Positions 54,592-64,000 of a stretch of 64,000 nt of DNA are shown here, one piece after another. The stretch is from assembly GCA_963706285.1 (NCBI GenBank), contig CAVPLU010000004.1, forward strand, positions 224,001-288,000. The letters are read 5' to 3'. The stretch comes from Candidatus Bathyarchaeota archaeon (GTDB lineage Archaea > Thermoproteota > Bathyarchaeia > 40CM-2-53-6). The translations under genes were made by a program, and so were the position numbers. How positions within the stretch are numbered: the first letter of the stretch is position 1; the number at the start of each line of letters is the position of its first letter. The notes below the pieces were generated by a model, which ran no database searches, was not told the DNA's origin, and was given only the letters and a program-made list of their open reading frames with translations.

Positions 54592-54903
54592 TCAGTTGGC
54601 TCTTTGCAGGATCTCGTTTGATATTTCTTCTCTGGTCTTGCCTTCTGTGGTGATTCCAAGTTTCTTGGCAGTCGTAACTAGGACATCGTCGGAGCTTGTC
54701 TCGGGTGAAGTTGGTGCTGGTGTCCTCGGGGCGCCTTGACCTGATGCTGGTTCTTCGATAGGATTTGTAAGCTGTTTGTAAGCGGCGTCAAATTCTCTTT
54801 TTGCCCGGCCGATGGTTCTTGCAAGATCAGGTATCTTGTTTCCCCCCCAGAATAAGAGGCCGATGAAGACGCCTGCAATTACTATCCATTCCCACCAATC
54901 CAT
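54592..54903 (-). CDS. tatA: Twin-arginine translocase TatA/E
   Basis: EWIVIA...LLFWGGNKIPDLARTIGRAKREF; archaeal tail AKKLGITTEGKTREEI. Confidence 0.93.
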   Translation of the reverse strand: MDWWEWIVIAGVFIGLLFWGGNKIPDLARTIGRAKREFDAAYKQLTNPIEEPASGQGAPRTPAPTSPETSSDDVLVTTAKKLGITTEGKTREEISNEILQRAN

Positions 54904-55093
54904 TGATAATTGGCCTCGGTCCGATCGTAAACCAATTGTATGCTTAAACGGCTTTTCACTTAAACCAAATCTCTTGTATGTTCATTGTCTCTTAACTAGG
55001 GCAGCAGCATGCGGAACACTAATAGAACATCAGTCGCCGCCTATGGGAAACGCTAAGAATTGGCTATAGCTGCAACATGTTAGGTGGCTGACT

Positions 55094-55354
55094 ATGATGG
55101 AGATAAAGGGTAAGTGGATTGTTGTCGATAATGACGTCTATCAGCGGCTCAAAGACCTTGGCGAGAAAGGTGAAACGTTCAACGACATCATACGTAGACT
55201 CTTAGAGACCTACGAACCACGGGCCGCCCCCAAAGAAGAGAGAACGTCTGGCGTTAACACCAAACCTGACGATCCCAATGCAAGCAAGCGATGGAGCGAC
55301 GCTAAAGAAATGAGCGAACACCGATGGGAACGGCAGGCGAGGGACCCCCCTTAA
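55094..55354 (+). CDS. RHH/VapB-like small DNA-binding protein with no adjacent toxin
   Basis: IVVDNDVYQRLKDL...GETFNDIIRRLL. Confidence 0.75.
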   Translation: MMEIKGKWIVVDNDVYQRLKDLGEKGETFNDIIRRLLETYEPRAAPKEERTSGVNTKPDDPNASKRWSDAKEMSEHRWERQARDPP

Positions 55355-55511
55355 CCGTAAACAGAAGCTTCACACCAAACAGAACGCGGAGCACCACATT
55401 AACAGTGGTAGAGGGAACACCTACATGATACAGGGAACCACAAAGAGAGGTAGCATAAGAAGAAAAGTGGAAGCGTAGCGTACCCACACACAACCCCCAT
55501 CAACCATTCCC

Positions 55512-56144
55512 TTAACCACGTCTAAGTTTCCTTCCGACCTTGAGAAGTTTCTTGCCAAATGAGGTCGGTCCACCCGCAGGCTGAACAGATCCTGTTCTTA
55601 TTGCGCAGAGAATGTCATCAACGCTTCTTGAGTTGCTGTCAACCAGAGTGTAGGCATCGCCTACTGTCTCGGGAATATGCGCGTCGCTTCCTGCAACCAT
55701 TGGCAGACCAATCTGTTTCGCCACTCGTTCAGCCAATCTCTTGTTGAGATGGAAGAACAGGGCGTCGGAATTGATTGTTTCGATCGCTTCAGGTCTGGAC
55801 ATTAGTTTGAGCGGATCAACACATGGAGATATCGGGTCGAAAGGATGTGGAATTATGGCGACTCCTCCGACGGCATGGATCAGTGCAATCGTCTCGTCCG
55901 CTGTTCTTCCTTTTGCAATTGGATCGGATATCCCAAGTCCAATGATGTGTCCTTGTCGTGTTGACACCTCGATTCCTGGTAGGATGATCGTTTCTGAACT
56001 GCTTACTTCGGTGAGCGAATCGTGATTAGTGATGGCCACGCCGTCAAGGCCTTTCTCCCGTAGGATCATTGGGAGTTGTTCCGGGTCCACGAACGAATCG
56101 TCTGACCCAGTTGTGTGTACGTGAAGGTCGATCTTGAGTCTCAT
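55512..56144 (-). CDS. PHP-family metallophosphoesterase
   Basis: DLHVHT..SD, AITNHD, GIEVS...GH, PHP, GSDAH. Confidence 0.92.
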   Translation of the reverse strand: MRLKIDLHVHTTGSDDSFVDPEQLPMILREKGLDGVAITNHDSLTEVSSSETIILPGIEVSTRQGHIIGLGISDPIAKGRTADETIALIHAVGGVAIIPHPFDPISPCVDPLKLMSRPEAIETINSDALFFHLNKRLAERVAKQIGLPMVAGSDAHIPETVGDAYTLVDSNSRSVDDILCAIRTGSVQPAGGPTSFGKKLLKVGRKLRRG

Positions 56145-56160
56145 TGGAGAGGGCCCTATC

Positions 56161-57843
56161 TCATTGAACGCTTTGGATGCGAATGCTGATTTGATCGTCA
56201 GAGATCTTCTTGAACAACGGTACGGGATCGCCTATTACGTGGCCTTCACGTAGAAGTATCTCGCCAGCCTCTTCCCAACGCCTCTTGGAAACGCCATTCT
56301 GTAAACCAAGCTGTGCCCAGATTGAATCGGCCGTCGTGGGAAGGAAAGGTGCAAGCAATACCGCCAGGGATCTCACCAATTGTGCGCATATGAACATCGT
56401 CGTGCGAGCGCTTACAACCTCTCGCTTGATTGAATGCCATGGTTCACTTTCGCTGAGGTAGAGATTCCCATCCCGAGCAAGGTCGATCACCGCGGATAGG
56501 CCTTCTCTCAGCTTGCACTGATCAAGTTCCGCACTCGCTTTCCTGGGCGCTCCCTGAAGCTTCGCTAGGATCGCCTTGTCGCGTTCGTTGAATTCGCCTG
56601 GTGAAGGGATTGTGCCTGAGAAGTTGTTCTTGATGAAGGTCAGGGTTCTGTGGACGAAGTTGCCGAGTACGTCGTTCAGGTCTGCGTTCACTCGTGCTTG
56701 GAAATCCTTCCAAGTGAAGTTGGCGTCCTTCGTTTCAGGTCTAATCGCGATCAGAAGATACCTCCAGTAGTCGGCTGGTGCAACTTGTAGCGCCTCGTCC
56801 ATCCAGACTCCGATTCGGTGACTCTTCGAGAACTTCTTGTTGTCAAAGAGTATGAACTCGGTCGAAGACACTTGCCACGGCAATACGTACGGGTCCTTCG
56901 TCGCCATGAGTAAAGCTGGAAAGATTATTGTGTGAAATGGGATGTTGTCTTTTCCAATGAAGTGTACGTTTTTCGTTTCTTTGTCGAACCAGAACGTTTT
57001 CCAGTCGTCAGGTCTCCCGTTTTTCTCGGCCCATTCCACAGCCGCCGAGACGTATCCGAGAACTGCTTCTAACCAGACATAGATCGTCTTCTCTTCTGCG
57101 CCTGGGAAAGGTGCTGGAATCCCCCACTTGTTATCGCGTGTAAGAGCTCTTGGGCGTAATCCTTCCTGTAGCCATCGTTTCGAGAAGTTGCGTGCGTTGT
57201 CCGGGAGTCCAGTGCTGGAGTCGATGTAATTGGTCAATGAATCAGAGAACTTGGGCAGGTCAAAGAACCAATGCTTTGAGGGCTTGATAGTCGGGGTTGT
57301 GCCGCAAAAGGCGCAACGGGGTGATTTCAATTCTAGCGGGTCGAGGACTCTGCCGCAGCTGTCGCATTGGTCCCCTCTCGCATTGTCCTTGCCGCAGTGA
57401 GGGCATATCCCCTCGACGAATCTGTCCGGTAGAAAGCGCTCGCATTTGGGACAGAATGGGAGATTGACGGTTTCGCTGTATATGAAACCATTATCGTAGA
57501 CTTTTCGGTAGAATTCTTGAACGTATCTCTTGTGCACAGGGTTCTCAGTTCTAGTGTAGTTACTGAAGTGGATCTGATACTTGTCCAGTAGGTCGCATAT
57601 GGCGGCATGGTATTCGTCTGTGAGTTGTTTGGGAGGCACTCCCTTCTTGATCGCCTCAACCTCAATTGGAGTCCCATGCTCGTCGGATCCCGTGACAGAG
57701 ATAACATCTTCGCCTTTAAGCGACAGATATCTTGAGAAAACGTCCGCGGACAGAAGATGGATAAACGTACCAAGGTGTGGAAGTGTATTCACGTACGGCC
57801 ATGCCGAACATACTATCCACTTGCCCAATCCATGTTCCTCCAC
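56161..57843 (-). CDS. metG: Methionine--tRNA ligase (no C-terminal dimerisation domain)
   Basis: PYVN..PHLG, GSDEHG, zinc knuckles, GKDN..FH, KFSKS. Confidence 0.97.
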   Translation of the reverse strand: MEEHGLGKWIVCSAWPYVNTLPHLGTFIHLLSADVFSRYLSLKGEDVISVTGSDEHGTPIEVEAIKKGVPPKQLTDEYHAAICDLLDKYQIHFSNYTRTENPVHKRYVQEFYRKVYDNGFIYSETVNLPFCPKCERFLPDRFVEGICPHCGKDNARGDQCDSCGRVLDPLELKSPRCAFCGTTPTIKPSKHWFFDLPKFSDSLTNYIDSSTGLPDNARNFSKRWLQEGLRPRALTRDNKWGIPAPFPGAEEKTIYVWLEAVLGYVSAAVEWAEKNGRPDDWKTFWFDKETKNVHFIGKDNIPFHTIIFPALLMATKDPYVLPWQVSSTEFILFDNKKFSKSHRIGVWMDEALQVAPADYWRYLLIAIRPETKDANFTWKDFQARVNADLNDVLGNFVHRTLTFIKNNFSGTIPSPGEFNERDKAILAKLQGAPRKASAELDQCKLREGLSAVIDLARDGNLYLSESEPWHSIKREVVSARTTMFICAQLVRSLAVLLAPFLPTTADSIWAQLGLQNGVSKRRWEEAGEILLREGHVIGDPVPLFKKISDDQISIRIQSVQ

Positions 57844-58012
57844 GTTAAGCCGTTGATTCGATCACAGGCCCTGCAAGACTGCTGGCAAGACGCGAGCTGG
57901 CAGGTGCCCAGAATTGCCCCTCCAAAGGCTTGAAAGCGCATACGCAACCTTCCGAATAGATTAACATTATCAGTCAATGCAAATGGGAATGAAGAAATAG
58001 CGCACAGACAAT

Positions 58013-58444
58013 GTGCTCCCGAGGAACGACACGATGAGCGACGAGTATACAAAGCTGCTCGACAGTGCGATGGAGAAGATCCCTAAGAGAACCTCTTCCG
58101 GCGAGAGGTTTGAGCTGCCGTCAATCCAAGGAGTCAGGATGGGTAGCAGAACCATCATCCAGAATTTCAAGGAAATCGCCGACCGTATGAACCGAGATCC
58201 GCTCCATCTTCTGAAGTTCCTTTCAAAAGAACTCGCGACCGCTGGGACAACGGATGGAACACGCGCAATCTTGAAAGGCGTATTCAAGGTGGAGTCAATG
58301 AGGAGGCTATTGGAGATCTACACGCAAAGATTCGTAATCTGCCCAGTCTGCAAGAGACCTGACACAAAAATGGTCAGAGAGAAGGGGCGCACATTCCTCA
58401 CATGTGAGGCCTGCGGTGCAAGATCACCAATATCCACAACTTGA
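58013..58444 (+). CDS. eif2b: Translation initiation factor aIF-2 beta
   Basis: TIIQNF..I...MNRDP.H..KFL.KEL, CPVCKRPDT...CEACGA. Confidence 0.95.
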   Translation: MLPRNDTMSDEYTKLLDSAMEKIPKRTSSGERFELPSIQGVRMGSRTIIQNFKEIADRMNRDPLHLLKFLSKELATAGTTDGTRAILKGVFKVESMRRLLEIYTQRFVICPVCKRPDTKMVREKGRTFLTCEACGARSPISTT

Positions 58445-58457
58445 GAAGTGTAGGACC

Positions 58458-58754
58458 GTGGAGGTCCATCTTAGAATTATTAATGAAAAGCGCGGAATGC
58501 TGGTCGCCGTCTGTGATTCTGGGCTACTGGGCGAAACGTTCAGACAAGGTAGGATGAAGCTCGAAGTGAGCACCGAATTCTATGGAGGCTCATTATGCTC
58601 GGTCGACAGGGCTATGGAGGTGCTTGCCGAAGCAGATGTTGCTAATCTTGTTGGCAAGGCGACGATCAAGGCAGCCGTCGATAAAGGCCTGGTAGACCCT
58701 CAGGCAGTGATCTACTTCGGCCCGGTCCCCCATGTACAGATCGTGAGGCTGTAG
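58458..58754 (+). CDS. DUF424 family protein
   Basis: VAVCD..LLG..F...L.V..EFYGG...ANLVG. Confidence 0.88.
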   Translation: MEVHLRIINEKRGMLVAVCDSGLLGETFRQGRMKLEVSTEFYGGSLCSVDRAMEVLAEADVANLVGKATIKAAVDKGLVDPQAVIYFGPVPHVQIVRL

Positions 58755-58831
58755 GACCGAACTCGCCTGAGTGTATTCTTTTAATGTGACCTGTAGGTTA
58801 CACGAAGTCTGCGAGCTTTGAGAGTGGGCTG

Positions 58832-59137
58832 TTGGGTAAGAAGAAAGTTCTCAGTGAAGGCCAACTTCGCGAAATGGTGACCCCTGGCCAGGGTCAAATG
58901 TTCGGTGTTGTGATGCAGATGCTTGGTTACGATAGACTCCTTGTCAAGTGTGCAGATGGGCATGAGAGGGTGTGTCGAATCAGAGGCAAGATGAAGAGAC
59001 GCGTCTGGATAAAAATGGGAGACGTAGTCCTTGTCGCACCTTGGGACTTCCAGTTTGAGACTCGCGGAGACATCCTCTGGAGGTACACTGAAGCCCAAGC
59101 CCAGATACTGCGGCAAAAAGGCCAGCTTGTAATGTAA
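58832..59137 (+). CDS. eif1a: Translation initiation factor aIF-1A
   Basis: MLG..R..V.C.DG..R.CRIRGKMKRRVWI..GDVVLV.PW. Confidence 0.96.
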   Translation: MGKKKVLSEGQLREMVTPGQGQMFGVVMQMLGYDRLLVKCADGHERVCRIRGKMKRRVWIKMGDVVLVAPWDFQFETRGDILWRYTEAQAQILRQKGQLVM

Positions 59138-59157
59138 GCGTTTACTGGTGCCTGTCT

Positions 59158-59958
59158 GTGGCGTGGTCGAGGACCGAAGGACGGCTGAGGCTAAGACAGG
59201 CCCGGTATGAAACTACTCGCTTGATGAGAGATAAGAGAAGTGAAGAGCTGGAAGCGCTAGAACAGGTTTTCGATAAGTCTACGCTTATGGTAATCTATCA
59301 TATGCTCGACACCGGCAAATTGTCCAAGATCTCAGGCGCCGTTAGGTCAGGCAAGGAAGCGAAAGTCTATTGGGGCATTGGCCCCAAGAAGAATGAGATC
59401 GCCATCAAGATCTACTTGACCTTGTCTGCTGAGTTCAAGAAAGGCAGGCTCGCATATATTGAAGGAGACCCGAGATTCGAGAGGACGCGCACCGACACGC
59501 GATCGCTCGTCTACCTCTGGGCTCAGAAGGAATTCAGGAACCTCAAACAGGCTCATGAGGCAAAGGTGCGAGTTCCGAAGCCTATTGCAGTGGTGAAGAA
59601 TGTCCTGCTCATGGATTTCATAGGCAGTAAAGGCGAGCCAGCTCCACTGCTTAGGGAAAACGTTTCGAAGAACCCTAAGAGGATCTACAGGGAGCTCATC
59701 TCGTATATTCGGCTTCTATATCAGAAGGCTGAGTTGGTTCACGGGGACCTGAGTGAGTACAACATAATGGTTTGGCGCGGGCATCCTGTCATATTCGATG
59801 TTTCACAAGCGGTTGACACTGAGCACCCAATTGCGAACCGATTACTTATGAGGGACATATTGAACTTAAACCGCTACTTCCACCAAATCGGGGTGGAAAC
59901 TGAAGACGAAAGTGACATCTACGATCAGGTGGTGAAAACAACTGTCGACCAAGACTAG
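59158..59958 (+). CDS. rio1: Rio1 serine/threonine kinase
   Basis: SGKEA.VY, AIKIY, WAQKEFRNL, VHGDLSEYNI, FDVSQAV. Confidence 0.95.
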   Translation: MAWSRTEGRLRLRQARYETTRLMRDKRSEELEALEQVFDKSTLMVIYHMLDTGKLSKISGAVRSGKEAKVYWGIGPKKNEIAIKIYLTLSAEFKKGRLAYIEGDPRFERTRTDTRSLVYLWAQKEFRNLKQAHEAKVRVPKPIAVVKNVLLMDFIGSKGEPAPLLRENVSKNPKRIYRELISYIRLLYQKAELVHGDLSEYNIMVWRGHPVIFDVSQAVDTEHPIANRLLMRDILNLNRYFHQIGVETEDESDIYDQVVKTTVDQD

Positions 59959-59962
59959 TACG

Positions 59963-60514
59963 ATGATTCCTCACGACAGAATAGGCGTCGTGCTCGGCCG
60001 CGAAGGAGCCACAAAAACCGATATCGAGAAAATGTTCAAGGTCAAACTGAATATCAACAGCGAGTCAGGAACAATCGAAGTTACCCCCTCCGACGACAAC
60101 ACTGACCCATCAACCATACTGCGTGCAAAAGATGTAGTGACAGCCGTCGGAAGAGGATTCTCCCCTGAACGCGCAATGACGCTGGTCGACGACGACATGG
60201 TCCTTGACCTAATCGACCTCCGCGAACTCTTCGGGAAGAATGAGAGCGATATTAACCGCATCAAAGGCAGAGTCATCGGCAGCGAAGGAAAGATGAGGCG
60301 ACTCCTCGAAGAAATGACAGACGCCAAAGTCTCCGTCTACGGATCCACAATATCGATGATCGGAGAGTTCGAAGCCGTTTCCGCTGCAAGACAGGCAATC
60401 GAGATGCTGATCAAAGGAAAACAGCACTCGACCGTGTACAAATTCCTTAGAAAGACTAAGACCGAGAGCAAGAGAAGAAAGACATTGGAGCTGTGGGAGA
60501 CGCCCCCCAAATGA
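59963..60514 (+). CDS. KH-domain rRNA processing protein (Dim2/Pno1/Krr1)
   Basis: RIGVVLGREG, AVGRGFSPE, RIKGRVIG..GK, G..H..VY. Confidence 0.93.
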   Translation: MIPHDRIGVVLGREGATKTDIEKMFKVKLNINSESGTIEVTPSDDNTDPSTILRAKDVVTAVGRGFSPERAMTLVDDDMVLDLIDLRELFGKNESDINRIKGRVIGSEGKMRRLLEEMTDAKVSVYGSTISMIGEFEAVSAARQAIEMLIKGKQHSTVYKFLRKTKTESKRRKTLELWETPPK

Positions 60515-60575
60515 GCATTCCAGCTTCGACAAACGGTTTGGGAATGAAAGCAGTCCTCACCTGTGGAATCTCACG

Positions 60576-62150
60576 ATGAAAGCAGCTGAGGTTTTTCAAG
60601 AGATCTCCCCCGCTGACTTTTTCTACAGAAACCGAGACATCGCCGGATTCACTAACCCGACGCGTGCGATCTATTCGACAATTCGGGAACTTATCGAGAA
60701 CTCCCTCGATGCGTGCGAGGTGCACGGCATAACCCCGGATGTCTACATGAGGATCTCACACGAATCCGGGCCAGCCGAAGGTGTCGGAGTCTATCGCATC
60801 AGGGTCGCAGACAACGGAATAGGTGTGCCATCAAAACTCATACCTTCAGCCTTCGGCCAAGTCCTATTCGGGTCAAAGTACAAGCTCAGACAGACGCGTG
60901 GACAGTTTGGCTTAGGCGGCAAAATGGCCATACTATACGGACAAATCACCACGCACTCAGAAGCAATCGTGATCTCAAGCACTGGACCAACCAAGATACA
61001 CGAGCTCAGACTCCGAATCGATATCCAACGCAACCAACCAGAAAAGATCAAAGAGATCACACATCCGAACCCCGATCGTTGGCATGGCACTGTAGTCGAG
61101 TTCTCAACAGAAGCGGACTATACGCGAGCAATGCCGAAAATTCTAGACTATCTCCAAGAGACCGCGATAGTCGCACCATATGCCAACCTCACCTTTGTTG
61201 ACCCCAGAGGTAGACTCTACAAATTCGAGCGTGCGACAACTCAGATGCCTGATCCTCCCAAAGAGACCACTCTCCACCCCCACGGCGTCGATGTAGAGAC
61301 TATGAAACGCATCATTGAGGTAACACAAGCCCGGTCACTTCATGTATTCATGAAAACGCATTTCCAGAGAGTAGGAGACACGACAGCTCGCAGGTTTCTA
61401 GAATTCGTAGGTATACCAGGCAAGAAGAACCCCAAGAAGATGACAAACGAGGAGACCGTCGCGCTCGTGACAGCGATGAAGAATTTTGAGGACTTCCTGC
61501 CTCCTGACTCAAGTTGTCTGTCACCGCTGGGCGAAGAGCTATTGAACGCAGGGATCAAGAAAGAGTTGGCTCCAGAGTACGTGGAGGTCTATCAGCGGAA
61601 ACCCTCCGCCTACTCAGGCTTCCCATTCATTGTAGAGGTTGGAATCGCATACGGTGGCAAAATCCCGAACACCGGCGGGATAGTACTCTACCGATTCGCG
61701 AACAAGATACCGCTCCTCTTCGATGAGGCAAGCGATGTTTCGTGGAAAGTGGTCAACTCGCTGGTTGACTGGCGACACTACAAGGTCCTGCCTGACATGC
61801 CCATTGCCGTTTTTGTTCACCTGTGCTCCACAAAGGTCCCCTACAAGACAGTTGGGAAGGAATTCATCGCCGACCGACCCGATGTCGAGAGAGAAATCTT
61901 AAACGCTCTACGAGAGGTCGCAAGACGCCTCTCCGTTTTCCTTTCGCGAAAGCACACAATCGAGCGACAGAAGAGGCGTCTGGATGTCTTTGAGAAGTAT
62001 CTGCCCAAGATAGCTTTGTTCTCTACGAAGCTGGCTGGAAAGAAGAAAGAACCTGATGTTAAGCCACTACTCAAGAGTGTATTGAGGTATGAAAAAGAAG
62101 GAGAAGAAGAAAGCAGCGGAGAAACGAGCAAAGAAGACCGGGCTGATTAA
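60576..62150 (+). CDS. top6B: DNA topoisomerase VI subunit B
   Basis: ELIENSLDA, DNGIG, GSKY...RGQFGLG, RFANKIPL, STKVPYKTVGKE. Confidence 0.97.
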   Translation: MKAAEVFQEISPADFFYRNRDIAGFTNPTRAIYSTIRELIENSLDACEVHGITPDVYMRISHESGPAEGVGVYRIRVADNGIGVPSKLIPSAFGQVLFGSKYKLRQTRGQFGLGGKMAILYGQITTHSEAIVISSTGPTKIHELRLRIDIQRNQPEKIKEITHPNPDRWHGTVVEFSTEADYTRAMPKILDYLQETAIVAPYANLTFVDPRGRLYKFERATTQMPDPPKETTLHPHGVDVETMKRIIEVTQARSLHVFMKTHFQRVGDTTARRFLEFVGIPGKKNPKKMTNEETVALVTAMKNFEDFLPPDSSCLSPLGEELLNAGIKKELAPEYVEVYQRKPSAYSGFPFIVEVGIAYGGKIPNTGGIVLYRFANKIPLLFDEASDVSWKVVNSLVDWRHYKVLPDMPIAVFVHLCSTKVPYKTVGKEFIADRPDVEREILNALREVARRLSVFLSRKHTIERQKRRLDVFEKYLPKIALFSTKLAGKKKEPDVKPLLKSVLRYEKEGEEESSGETSKEDRAD

Positions 62151-63216
62151 AGAAAAGAAGGCAAAGGTCCTCTCAGCCCTTACTGGACTTGGTGACAAAC
62201 TGTACAACCAAATGGTCCACCGACAATTCCCATCAATAGAAATGCCGAATCGATCCATCCACAACATACAATACGACCAGAAACTTAGACAATACATACT
62301 TGGAGAGAAGGCGGTCAAGCGCAGTTCAAGAAACATCAAGCACATTCGGCCTTTGACTCAGCTAGTATGGACGGCATCCTTTGTCGATGAACTCAGAGGA
62401 CAAGATAGAACATCAACACTAAGAGACGTTTTCTATTCCGCGCAAGCCTACGCGATGAATTTCACAGATCAGACCGAAAGTGACAACATCATCACAGACC
62501 TCGAAACCGTCATAGGACATTCTCGAGAGGACTTCAGCGTCTTCCCAGAAGAACGATCAGCGATCTTCGGAAACCTCGTGGTAGAGTACACTGTGCCCGG
62601 CTATGAGGGCAAGACATTGAATCTCTCCTCGCACCCAGACGGAATGATGATAGGCCCCGCCCTAACGAACGCGGAGTTCGTTGAATGCAAAGCCGACAAA
62701 ATCATCGCCATAGAAAAGGGCGGCCTCTTCACCCGCTTCGTCGAAGAGAAAGTCCACGACAAACACAAAGCGATCTTGGTCCATACCGCGGGACAGGCAC
62801 CAAGAGCGACACGATCTCTCATACGACGACTAAGTCGAGAACTGGACCTGCCCGTTTACATATTCTGCGATGCTGACCCTTGGGGAATGCACATCGCCAT
62901 GGTCATAATCTCAGGATCAGCAAACGCTGCGCACCTACGCGATCTTAATACTCCCGACGCGAAGTGGGCTGGAGTCTGGGCGTCAGACATTGTCGACTAC
63001 GATTTGCCCAGCGACAAACTGACTGATCTAGACATAAAAAGACTGTACGAACTTCAGAAGGATCCACGCTACAATAGTAAGCTCTGGAAGAGAGAGATTG
63101 AGACGTTTCTGAAAATCAAGAAAAAGGCGGAACAGGAAGCGTTCAGCCGGTATGGTCTTGCCTACATTGTAGACAAGTACCTTCCGGCCAAACTAAAGGA
63201 GATGGACGAGTACTAG
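62089..63216 (+). CDS. top6A: DNA topoisomerase VI subunit A
   Basis: STLRDVFY (catalytic Tyr), IEK, DADPWG, AEQEA. Confidence 0.97.
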   Translation: MKKKEKKKAAEKRAKKTGLIKEKKAKVLSALTGLGDKLYNQMVHRQFPSIEMPNRSIHNIQYDQKLRQYILGEKAVKRSSRNIKHIRPLTQLVWTASFVDELRGQDRTSTLRDVFYSAQAYAMNFTDQTESDNIITDLETVIGHSREDFSVFPEERSAIFGNLVVEYTVPGYEGKTLNLSSHPDGMMIGPALTNAEFVECKADKIIAIEKGGLFTRFVEEKVHDKHKAILVHTAGQAPRATRSLIRRLSRELDLPVYIFCDADPWGMHIAMVIISGSANAAHLRDLNTPDAKWAGVWASDIVDYDLPSDKLTDLDIKRLYELQKDPRYNSKLWKREIETFLKIKKKAEQEAFSRYGLAYIVDKYLPAKLKEMDEY

Positions 63217-63402
63217 ACATACGCGAGAGGCTGCCGCTAACGCTGAGTCCTCTACGCGGTCTTTTCGGGAACGGTTCTTCCGGGTGGCTGTTTCTTCTCC
63301 TCTTTCTTCTTGGCTTTCTTAACCATCTTGAATGAGCCCATTTGGCATCTACACCCTAGATTTAGCAGAGGTACCTTATATGCAATAAGGTTTAGCGCAA
63401 GT

Positions 63403-63873
63403 TCAGATCCTGGCTAGAGCATCCTTGACCTCGTCGTAGTTGGGCTCCTTACCTGGGTCCTCGCTGATCCACCTATAACGCACCACGCCCTTGTCATCAA
63501 GGATGAAAACGGATCGCTTGGCAGCAGTATACCCTTTCAGTCCAGCAAAATCTTCATGGAAGACATTGAACTTCCTGACGGTTTCTCTGCCATAGTCGCT
63601 CAGGATGGGGAACTGCAGCTTGTTTGCTTCTGAGAACGCCTTGTTCGTGAAAGGATCATTGACGCTTATGGCGACTACCTGAGCGTTCAGTCTGTTCAGT
63701 GTTTGCATCGAGTCTCTGAAGGCGCACATTTCTCGCGTGCAAGGGTTTGTGAAGGCACCGGGAAAGAACGCGATAACGGTCTTCTTTCCAATGAAATCCT
63801 TCAGGGCCTGTTGTTTCCTATCTTGGTCATGTAGCTGGAAGTCAGGCGGCTTCTGTCCTATCTCAACTGACAT
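63403..63873 (-). CDS. Peroxiredoxin (BCP/PrxQ-like)
   Basis: FFPGAFTNPCTREMCAFRD, AKRSVF. Confidence 0.93.
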   Translation of the reverse strand: MSVEIGQKPPDFQLHDQDRKQQALKDFIGKKTVIAFFPGAFTNPCTREMCAFRDSMQTLNRLNAQVVAISVNDPFTNKAFSEANKLQFPILSDYGRETVRKFNVFHEDFAGLKGYTAAKRSVFILDDKGVVRYRWISEDPGKEPNYDEVKDALARI

Positions 63874-64000
63874 GGCTGAACAATCCGATCACTGTGCAAG
63901 GAGTGCACTGGGAGTTAATCGTTGCCCAGATTCGAACAATGACGCAATGAGAGGGCGTAGAGTCCCAAATCCAGTGCGGCTTACGATAGGCCATGGCGAC

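Noticed and set aside
55094-55354. Complete toxin-antitoxin pair
   Set aside because: No PIN/RelE toxin adjacent.
58013-63216. aIF2b-DUF424-aIF1A-rio1-KH-top6B-top6A cluster
   Set aside because: Well-known conserved archaeal gene neighbourhood.

Overview
Archaeal chromosomal segment, most likely from a TACK lineage such as Bathyarchaeia. This placement is inferred from gene content: topo VI, aIF2-beta/aIF1A/Rio1/KH cluster, Tes GDGT synthase, Taw1, Hjc, PINA, dnaK-dnaJ-grpE, gcvP and an intron-containing tRNA. Many genes carry single-base frameshifts, including essential ones (guaA, grpE, gcvPB), which points to an unpolished long-read assembly, so split ORFs are joined below. Highlights: (1) 6.9-12.1 kb, a eukaryote-like ubiquitination locus. 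It encodes a JAMM/MPN+ protease apparently fused to a TM helix and extracellular beta-sandwich domains, a pro-ubiquitin ending GG-NGR, an E2 and a Ubl-fused E1. It has no RING E3 and is flanked by two paralogous zinc-ribbon + B-box-like proteins, one membrane-anchored. (2) 40.30-40.75 kb, a ~450-nt non-coding region that folds into many helices and that I cannot assign to a known RNA family. (3) A TPP riboswitch before thiT, a tRNA-Thr(GGT) with two introns, a ribophorin-I-like protein, and a probably GTPase-dead FtsZ homolog behind a triple 11-bp operator-like array. A degraded molybdoenzyme/radical SAM/IS481 island lies between grpE and guaA. All calls come from motif reading, not database searches.
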